Below, piece after piece: positions 1 through 6,649 of a stretch of DNA of 14,357 nucleotides. The stretch is from Promethearchaeota archaeon. GTDB lineage: Archaea; Asgardarchaeota; Lokiarchaeia; Sigyniarchaeales; SOKP01. Location: positions 1 to 14,357 of the forward strand of contig JAGXNO010000069.1 in NCBI GenBank assembly GCA_019894975.1, read 5' to 3'. The stretch's first letter is position 1; each line of letters starts with the position of its first letter. The position numbers were made by a program, and so were the translations under genes. A model generated the notes under the pieces. The model ran no database searches, was not told the DNA's origin, and saw only the letters and a list, made by a program, of their open reading frames with translations.

Positions 1-406
1 CTTCAGGAGTCATGGCAACAAGATCACCCTTATTGTTTAAAATATCAAAAATCTTTTCGATAGGTTCAGTATCATCTTTGCTCTCAGTTCCACGAATCAT
101 ACCAAGGCTTTTAAGGACTGGTCCTAAAATTTGATGTTTCATCATTTTCGGATCAATCATAAAATGGATTTTACGACCAGATACCTGACTGATGATTAAC
201 ATATCTCGTATGATATCACCTGCCACCGTGGTCAAAATAGCTTTTCCCCTAACTGGTATATTCTCTTTACCTTCGATTCTTAAATTCATAAAAGCTTGAA
301 AAAATAACCCACTTAAGCCTTTTACAGCACCATATAACACATCAAGAGCAATTAATTTGGGATTTAACTTATCTGAGGCTTCTGAAACTACTTGTTCTTC
401 AACCAT
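1..406 (-). CDS. Lysophospholipid acyltransferase (PlsC/LPLAT)-fold protein, 3'-truncated by the window edge; HX4D histidine absent
   Basis: Not in the ORF track. Manual translation from ATG at 406 is open to base 1: MVEEQVVSEASDKLNPKLIALDVLYGAVKGLSGLFFQAFMNLRIEGKENIPVRGKAILTTVAGDIIRDMLIISQVSGRKIHFMIDPKMMKHQILGPVLKSLGMIRGTESKDDTEPIEKIFDILNNKGDLVAMTPE. 'IEGKENIP..G.AIL', 'IHFM', 'LG..LKSLG.I' and 'LVAMTPE' match the order and spacing of PlsC blocks. AAGGTG SD-like site upstream. Confidence 0.8.
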   Translation of the reverse strand, partial: MVEEQVVSEASDKLNPKLIALDVLYGAVKGLSGLFFQAFMNLRIEGKENIPVRGKAILTTVAGDIIRDMLIISQVSGRKIHFMIDPKMMKHQILGPVLKSLGMIRGTESKDDTEPIEKIFDILNNKGDLVAMTPE

Positions 407-430
407 ATGATATTTACACCTTTTATTATA

Positions 431-625
431 TTATAACTTATCGATAAAATTGTTGACTTCTTCCATTCTTTTTTCGTAATATTCTTTTAATTCCTTTTCT
501 GATACAAAACTGGGGATAACCTTTTCAGTATATACATCAAAAATCGTACTCAATTTTGTTTTATGTCTTAAAGTTTCGAGAAATTCCTCTCCTAACTCTT
601 TTAATTGCCTTAAAAACTCTGCCAT
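431..625 (-). CDS. Small (64 aa) charged alpha-helical hypothetical protein
   Basis: ORF track gives 431..652. The ATG at 625 is more likely: it lies 4 nt after the activase stop and follows GGGAGG inside the activase 3' end. Co-oriented and tightly packed within the operon. Confidence 0.7.
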   Translation of the reverse strand: MAEFLRQLKELGEEFLETLRHKTKLSTIFDVYTEKVIPSFVSEKELKEYYEKRMEEVNNFIDKL

Positions 626-629
626 CTTC

Positions 630-1652
630 CTAAAAAACCTCCCATTTTCCACATCTACTGCCCCAACGAGCTATTACTTTATTCTCATCTTCGGGCATTT
701 TGACTTGAACGATATCGCAGTTGTTGGGGCAATCACCGCACAGAAATGCTGATGTTTTAAATTCAAGATCACCCACATTGAGACCTCGAAACACAGTTTC
801 GGTAGGATGATCTAAATAATAATCTCTTACTAAGATTGCCATTCCTAAGGCACCCATTAAAACGTTATATTTCGGAACGATGACTCTACATTCCAAATGT
901 CTTTCAAAAGCTTGAATAATCCCCTTATTGTAGGATACTCCTCCTTGAAATACAATAGGCTCTGCTAATTCTTTACCTTTTGATAAATTATTCATATAAT
1001 TTCTAACTAATGAATCACACAATCCCGCAATGATATCTTCCTTAGAATATCCAGCATTCTGCTTGTGGATCATATCTGACTCTGCAAATACTGTACACCT
1101 CCCAGCAATACTTAATGGATTTTTAGATTTTACCGCATAACTACCAAATTCCTCGATAGGGATTCCAAGCCTTGAAGCTTGATGATCAAGAAATGATCCA
1201 GTACCCGCAGCACATACAGAGTTCATAGCAAAATCAACAATTATCCCATCTCGAAGAATTATGATTTTAGAATCTTGACCTCCTATTTCTAAGATTGTTC
1301 TTACATCAGGATATAATGCCTGTGCAGCAACAGCATGGGCGATAATCTCGGTTTTAGCAAGATCGCCACCAACAATAGCTTTTGTCAGATATCTTGCTGA
1401 ACCCGTAGTTCCACAACTACGTATTTCATATCCTAGTAAATTTTCATCTTGTTCAATTTGGTTTTTTAATTGTTCCATACCCGCTTTAGCAGATTCAATC
1501 GGAGAGCCCCTATTGCGTAAAAACACACTTGTAAGTACGTTACCATCCATATCCATCAATACAAACTTACAGGTTACACTTCCAATATCTATACCGAGAA
1601 ATGCATCTTGCTTTCCACCTTCTTTAACGACTTTATCAGATACTTGTACCAT
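630..1652 (-). CDS. ATP-dependent [4Fe-4S] acyl-CoA dehydratase activase (HgdC / BadF-BadG-BcrA-BcrD ASKHA family) with C-terminal Cys cluster
   Basis: Motifs GIDIGS, TTGSAR, EIIAH, EIGGQDSK, CAAGTG, RCTVFAES, QGGV; C-terminal CGDCPNNC...RCGKW. Confidence 0.95.
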   Translation of the reverse strand: MVQVSDKVVKEGGKQDAFLGIDIGSVTCKFVLMDMDGNVLTSVFLRNRGSPIESAKAGMEQLKNQIEQDENLLGYEIRSCGTTGSARYLTKAIVGGDLAKTEIIAHAVAAQALYPDVRTILEIGGQDSKIIILRDGIIVDFAMNSVCAAGTGSFLDHQASRLGIPIEEFGSYAVKSKNPLSIAGRCTVFAESDMIHKQNAGYSKEDIIAGLCDSLVRNYMNNLSKGKELAEPIVFQGGVSYNKGIIQAFERHLECRVIVPKYNVLMGALGMAILVRDYYLDHPTETVFRGLNVGDLEFKTSAFLCGDCPNNCDIVQVKMPEDENKVIARWGSRCGKWEVF

Positions 1653-1664
1653 TTAATCACATCT

Positions 1665-2852
1665 TTATTGAGTTTGAAGTAATTGAAAGCATTCTTGAAA
1701 AAAATGAGAACCATTTGATTTATAAAAATTTCTTTGATCATCTTCCAGAGAAATATTTTCAATTCCTAGTTTATGCTTTCGTCTTGATTCAATTAGGTCT
1801 ACAAAAGCTTCTAATCTCGTCCTCATACCTTCGGTTCCACTATGCTCGTCAAAGGAAAAGAATATTATCGGGAGATCGTAGATATTTTTAAGTTTATTTG
1901 TTATAATCGTCCGAGCAGTCACTTCGGGCATACAGGTGAAAGGATACACATGGACGCACCCACTAAAGCCAGTCTGAGCTCTATCAATATATTCCCCTAA
2001 AACCCATTGGCATTCTCCTCCAATATCCATTGGAACGTACGGATGAGATAAGTGTTCTAACCATTTTCGATGAAAATTCAGATGGAATTTATGTGAAACC
2101 CAATCCCATAAGCTTAAATTTTGATGAATCTCTACACCCATTTCTCCCAATTTGCGTCTAATATCTACATTAACAAAAGGTTCTAAACTTATGTGAATTT
2201 CCCCAAAAATAGCTACTCGTAAAGGAGTTCTCGTTCTATCTACATCAATTGTGTTAAAATCTTCTTTAATTAGATTTTTAAAACTTCTTAACTCCTTAAG
2301 AGTGTTGGCCTGATCAAGCTTATTTATTACGGTGTTAAAAACTTTAGTTGTGTCTCCTTGGTTACGTTCATAAGCTCGAAACAATCCTTCTGCTGTTTGA
2401 ATATCACTCAGCAATTTTGCTTTTTTCAAGAAGAATATGACAGCTTTAACAAACTTTGAATAGGCAAATAAGTCTCTTTTACTACTTAATTCTTGGAGAG
2501 TCTTGACCCATTTAAAGTCAAGTAAGTCCGCTTGATCTAATGGGATTATATTCACATTTTTATAACCCATATCATGCAAAAGACGCTCTTGAACGGCACC
2601 ATAAAAGCCAAATCGACAAGGACCGCAATCGATGGCCATAACCAAAGTATCAGCACCCTTTTTTATGGCACTAACAAAATCACCCAAGGTAGCTTTAAAT
2701 GGAAAACAAACAAATTCAGGACTATATTTTACCCCTATTTTAATAGCTTCCCGATTAGTTGGATCTGGGAGCACAACTTCTATATCAAGTTGTTCAAATA
2801 GAGTTTTAAATGCATAAACATTGGGTCCCATGTTAGGGAATGAGAGAATCAT
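1665..2852 (-). CDS. COG3581-like Fe-S reductase/dehydratase subunit (2-hydroxyacyl-CoA dehydratase-related, PlsR-type domain)
   Basis: SFPNMG N-terminus, PEFVCFPFK, GPCRFGFY, GEIH, PFTCMPE, FDEH...TRLEAFVD. 12 nt upstream of the activase. GAGGAG SD upstream. Confidence 0.85.
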   Translation of the reverse strand: MILSFPNMGPNVYAFKTLFEQLDIEVVLPDPTNREAIKIGVKYSPEFVCFPFKATLGDFVSAIKKGADTLVMAIDCGPCRFGFYGAVQERLLHDMGYKNVNIIPLDQADLLDFKWVKTLQELSSKRDLFAYSKFVKAVIFFLKKAKLLSDIQTAEGLFRAYERNQGDTTKVFNTVINKLDQANTLKELRSFKNLIKEDFNTIDVDRTRTPLRVAIFGEIHISLEPFVNVDIRRKLGEMGVEIHQNLSLWDWVSHKFHLNFHRKWLEHLSHPYVPMDIGGECQWVLGEYIDRAQTGFSGCVHVYPFTCMPEVTARTIITNKLKNIYDLPIIFFSFDEHSGTEGMRTRLEAFVDLIESRRKHKLGIENISLEDDQRNFYKSNGSHFFQECFQLLQTQ

Positions 2853-3068
2853 GTATCTTATAGCTCCTCAAGTCTTCTTAATACGTATTGATAACTGATG
2901 ATTGATTATAATCGACGTTTATTTAGATAAACTATTGTTTAAATAACAAAGCAAAAAATAAAAATATACCCATTTGAAACTAAATATCAGAAGTATGATT
3001 GTCCTTATTAAAAATTTCAGTTCTGGTTATTAATATTATGAAACATATAAGATACATCTTATCATATC
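2853..3068 (-). promoter_or_regulatory. Upstream regulatory region of the four-gene operon, with several palindromes
   Basis: 216-bp AT-rich intergenic region with an SD (ctcctc on the + strand) and palindromes at 2880-2889, 2904-2913, 2917-2932 and 3047-3062. Confidence 0.45.
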
Positions 3069-3467
3069 TTACGGTGTCTTATAATCTATTTGCAGAAGTT
3101 CAGTAATATGACCAAGTGTGTCTGTTGTATCAAAGTAGACAAATTTTGCAGGGCCAATTATACCTCCTAAAACTTGTTTCAATCCTTTTGAATCCCACTC
3201 TTTAATTTCCTCATCAACATCTTTAACTAAAAACCCTACGTGATGAAGGCCAACATTCCCTTCCTCTAAAAATGTATAAAATATTGAATTCTTGTCTTGA
3301 GGTTCAATCAAATCTACCTGTAGGTTTCCAATCATTGATCTTGCGACTTTTACTACACCCATATCAATTCGGGTAAACTTTTCTATACCAAATAGACTTT
3401 TGAATTCTTTAACTGCTGCCTCACCGTCTTTATAGACATATCCAAAATGATGAATCTTACCAAACAT
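3069..3467 (-). CDS. VOC/glyoxalase superfamily protein (methylmalonyl-CoA epimerase-like)
   Basis: HHFGYVYKD, DLIEP, GLHHVGFLVKD, YFDT...TELLQ. GGTGAT SD at 3476-3481. Confidence 0.9.
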   Translation of the reverse strand: MFGKIHHFGYVYKDGEAAVKEFKSLFGIEKFTRIDMGVVKVARSMIGNLQVDLIEPQDKNSIFYTFLEEGNVGLHHVGFLVKDVDEEIKEWDSKGLKQVLGGIIGPAKFVYFDTTDTLGHITELLQIDYKTP

Positions 3468-3550
3468 TGATTAAAATCACCTTTTATCTTATTATTATTG
3501 AAAAATACTTCATTTAGGTTTAAAAATTGTCTTAAGTTATTAATAAATTT

Positions 3551-4096
3551 TTACTCTTCTAATTCAGAACCACAGTATTCACAAATAACCTGATTTGGGT
3601 CTGAACTCTTTTTCCCGCAATTTTTACATTGGGTATATATATCTGCTCTCGCAATCTGAGGTGTGGGTATATTCCTTTCTTCAGGAGTTAGAGAAATATA
3701 TTTATTAAAACTGGCTTTCACTCCTGCACTATGAGTAGCAATAACTATTTTATGAAAACCAGGTGTGACTTTTGGTCGATTGGGAACAATTAGCCCTATT
3801 TTATCTCCTAATTTTAAAGATTTATCATAGATTTCTAAAACTTCTTTATTTGGATAAATTACTTCATCTATTTTAACATCATAATCAAAAGGATATGTGG
3901 TTGCATCATAGACGACAAGTTCATCAACTTTTATTATTAAATCTTCAACATATTGTTCTAAAGATTGATTCTGCATAATCGGAGGTAATTCAAATTCTAA
4001 GGAATCACCTAAAATAGATACATGTACCAAGCGTTTCGCAATTAAATTAGGAATCTTCTTAATCCTATCTCTAACATTTTCAAAAAACTTGGACAT
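3551..4096 (-). CDS. Hypothetical protein with C-terminal zinc ribbon
   Basis: 181-aa ORF ending CKNCG...CEYCGSEL; beta-rich N-terminal region followed by a Pro-rich linker. Confidence 0.8.
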   Translation of the reverse strand: MSKFFENVRDRIKKIPNLIAKRLVHVSILGDSLEFELPPIMQNQSLEQYVEDLIIKVDELVVYDATTYPFDYDVKIDEVIYPNKEVLEIYDKSLKLGDKIGLIVPNRPKVTPGFHKIVIATHSAGVKASFNKYISLTPEERNIPTPQIARADIYTQCKNCGKKSSDPNQVICEYCGSELEE

Positions 4097-4144
4097 ATTT
4101 ATTTATTTCATTACAATTTGTTAAAGTTTTTCTTCATCAGTTTT

Positions 4145-4300
4145 TTATGACAATGTGAAAGTACTTCCTTTTCCAAACTCACTTTCTATGATTAGATTTC
4201 CATCTAATAGATTAGCTAACTTTTTTGAAAGGTAAAGCCCCAGACCAGTTCCTTCTTTATGTTTTCCTGATTTCAGATCCCAGTTATTACCTTTAACAAA
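4145..4300 (-). pseudogene. Remnant of a sensor histidine kinase (HATPase_c C-terminal fragment)
   Basis: Manual translation: [51 protein letters not shown], containing the G2 box GTGLGL and terminal [10 protein letters not shown]. The frame is closed upstream by TAA at 4343-4345 and has no usable ATG/GTG/TTG start upstream of the homology. Confidence 0.85.
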
Positions 4301-4383
4301 TGTTTTTATTATACATATTTTACTATATAAAAGATTGAAGTTTTAATATAAGGTTTGATGAATAAGTGAAGTGATTAAAAAGA

Positions 4384-5403
4384 TTGAATTCTACAGTCAA
4401 AAAAGAGGAAAAGAAACCTAAACAGGGAAAAAAAGAAAAAAAGAAGAGACAAAAGGATGTCGACGCAAGTAATTCAATTGAGGATCAAGAAGAGATAAAA
4501 AAGAGTGGTATTTTTTCCGCTTTAGACCAAATTGATACCAAGAGTAAAGAAGAAACCAGAGTAATTGAGGAGACATTAAGAGCAGGATTGATAAAAAGTG
4601 AAAAGTCCGAAAAAATAGAAGAAAGTAAGAAACCAGATATTGGTATTATAAATATTAAAAATAAAATTGAAAATCTAAGGAAAATCAAAAAGGAGCACAA
4701 TAATAAAGGGAGATTCGAAAAAGCTATTGAAATCTCCAATAAAATAGTAACAATAGCGTTTTCAAATAATTTAAAGGAGATTATCAGTGAGGAAAAGAAA
4801 TTTTTAGAGTTAATTAAAAATAACCGTTATCAAAAACCTGAAACCGTTGAAACTGTTGAAAATGAAGAAGGTTTAAGCCTAATCGAACCCACAATCCCTT
4901 CAAAACAGGTAATAGAAGAAATAGATCCTAGAAAAGATAACATAAAACTAAAATCCAATAAACCCAAATCTCAAGGTAAGGAGAAATTTGAAGAAGAAAG
5001 TCAAAGGTTCATGGAAGAAAAAGAAGTATTTAAACAGGAGAAACTAAAGCTCGAAGAAGAAAAAGAAGCATTTCAATGGGAAAAACAAATGCTAGAAGAG
5101 GTTAAAAAATATGAAAGAGATAAAGAAAAAGAACCTTCAAAAGAGGATATTGAAAATATAATAGATAAGCATGAAATCGATGAAATTAAGAAATTTGAAC
5201 AAGAGAAGGAAGATTATTTGAAAGAAAAAGCCAATCTTGAGCAACAAAAACTAAAGTTTGAAGAAAAAAGAGAAATCTTCAATCAAGAAAAATTAAAGTT
5301 CGAAGAAGAAAAAGAGACGTTTAAATGGGAAAAGCAAATGTTTGAAGAAATGAAAAAGCATGAAAGAAATAAAGAAACAAAAAGTGATGTAAATGAAAAT
5401 TAA
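4384..5403 (+). CDS. Highly charged E/K-rich helical or coiled-coil protein with internal duplication
   Basis: 339-aa ORF with TTG start and strong purine bias; two heptad-repeat blocks, each ending in WEKQM. Confidence 0.8.
   Translation: MNSTVKKEEKKPKQGKKEKKKRQKDVDASNSIEDQEEIKKSGIFSALDQIDTKSKEETRVIEETLRAGLIKSEKSEKIEESKKPDIGIINIKNKIENLRKIKKEHNNKGRFEKAIEISNKIVTIAFSNNLKEIISEEKKFLELIKNNRYQKPETVETVENEEGLSLIEPTIPSKQVIEEIDPRKDNIKLKSNKPKSQGKEKFEEESQRFMEEKEVFKQEKLKLEEEKEAFQWEKQMLEEVKKYERDKEKEPSKEDIENIIDKHEIDEIKKFEQEKEDYLKEKANLEQQKLKFEEKREIFNQEKLKFEEEKETFKWEKQMFEEMKKHERNKETKSDVNEN
4984..5379 (+). repeat. Intragenic degenerate direct repeat: two blocks offset by 249 nt, built from 21-nt units
   Basis: FKQEKLKLEEEKEAFQWEKQMLEEVKKYERDKE versus FNQEKLKFEEEKETFKWEKQMFEEMKKHERNKE; Trp codons at 5077 and 5326. 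Confidence 0.85.
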
Positions 5404-5433
5404 AATAATATTTTCTTTTAGGTTTTTATCCAT

Positions 5434-6234
5434 CTAATCTCTATTTATATAATCCAGAAAAGCTTTCACTACCATATGGAATTTTGGATCTGGGACTACA
5501 GTTAAATGGTCTTTTCCTTGGATTTGGAAATGGCAAGCATCTGGGACCAGCTGAGCTACTAAGGTTTTATCCCCTGGAATAAGCTCATTAGATCCTACAA
5601 CTGTCATTATAGGCACTTTTATTTTTTTTAGAGATTCCTTAATTTGAGAAGGAAAGCCCATTATTTCAGTACCCTCATTTAGTAAACCAGTTGTCACTGC
5701 TGCCAGAGCTAATAAATCATTTCCTCTTAGTTCTGCGTATTGACGGAACGCACGAGCCACAGGATCTTTAATATCATCAACACTTTCTGCTTGGAACGCT
5801 TCTATATTTCGCTTCATTCTTTTTATATTATTAGATCTTGATTTATCCTCTTGAAGTAAATTTAACACAAATCCTCCAAGAATGGCAGAGATAAAGATCT
5901 CAGGATTAGATAATAATAATCGAAATGTAATATACGCACCCATAGAATAACCAAATAAATTTGCTTTCTTAATCGAAAGGTGTTTCATAAGTTTTATAAT
6001 ATCATCATCCATTTTTTGCCCATAATAGGATCCATCGTGGGGTTTATCACTTTTTCCATGACCTCGACAATCTAATAAAACTAATCTATAATTACCTTGT
6101 AAATATTTCATCCAATTAGTTTGTTTCCAATTACCTTCAAGACTCGATGCAAATCCATGGATCATTACAACTGGAGGTCCTTCTCCTTCTATTTCATAAT
6201 AGATCTTAACTCCATCATTATCAAAATACGGCAT
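5434..6234 (-). CDS. Alpha/beta fold hydrolase
   Basis: HGF oxyanion motif, DCRGHGKSDKP, GYSMG nucleophile elbow, GSNE acid, C-terminal DH His. Confidence 0.93.
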   Translation of the reverse strand: MPYFDNDGVKIYYEIEGEGPPVVMIHGFASSLEGNWKQTNWMKYLQGNYRLVLLDCRGHGKSDKPHDGSYYGQKMDDDIIKLMKHLSIKKANLFGYSMGAYITFRLLLSNPEIFISAILGGFVLNLLQEDKSRSNNIKRMKRNIEAFQAESVDDIKDPVARAFRQYAELRGNDLLALAAVTTGLLNEGTEIMGFPSQIKESLKKIKVPIMTVVGSNELIPGDKTLVAQLVPDACHFQIQGKDHLTVVPDPKFHMVVKAFLDYINRD

Positions 6235-6246
6235 ATCAATATATCC

Positions 6247-6531
6247 TTATTCTTCTTTTATCCTTCTTAATTCAATTTTAACTAAATTGAATTTATCCAT
6301 ACACTCCATATTAACAACGTCAGGATTTCCACCCCATTGTTTAGGAAATCCTCCTCCAAATTGAAGCATGGTAATATATGGGAATAAATCATGATAAAAA
6401 AAACCACATAATCCTCCCGCACTATGCCCACTTAATTCTATTTCATCTCCTACTTTATGACCCGCATTACAATTACCTTTTACTTCTTTTATTGTTCCTA
6501 CAACTCTGTAGCCAACCTTTACATCACTCAT
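6247..6531 (-). CDS. TIGR04076-family small Cys-rich protein
   Basis: VKGNCNAGHKVGD, GLCGFFYHDLFPY, ECMD pattern. GAGGT SD upstream. 12 nt from the hydrolase start. Confidence 0.85.
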   Translation of the reverse strand: MSDVKVGYRVVGTIKEVKGNCNAGHKVGDEIELSGHSAGGLCGFFYHDLFPYITMLQFGGGFPKQWGGNPDVVNMECMDKFNLVKIELRRIKEE

Positions 6532-6649
6532 TTAATACTACCTCATTTAAATCTAATTTTATATAATTTTAAGTTTGATTAATTATAGTGTTATTATTAT
6601 ACAATTAATTTAAATCAACTCCTTTAACTTTTGATTTATCGTGATCTAA

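Noticed and set aside
626-652. Longer overlapping start for the small ORF (MENGRFFRK)
   Set aside because: The ATG at 625 has a well-placed GGGAGG and avoids a 23-nt overlap with the activase.
2574-2817. Plus-strand ORFs 2574..2801 and 2632..2817
   Set aside because: Antisense shadows within a well-supported gene; no recognisable motifs.
4485-4739. 84-aa hydrophobic minus-strand ORF resembling a membrane protein
   Set aside because: Its F/L/S/I richness is the expected antisense reading of an E/K-rich gene.
4984-5379. Repeats considered as a CRISPR array or non-coding tandem repeat
   Set aside because: Degenerate, in frame and conserved at protein level; no identical repeats separated by unique spacers.
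6378-6566. 62-aa plus-strand ORF with a Leu run
   Set aside because: Antisense to the TIGR04076 gene.
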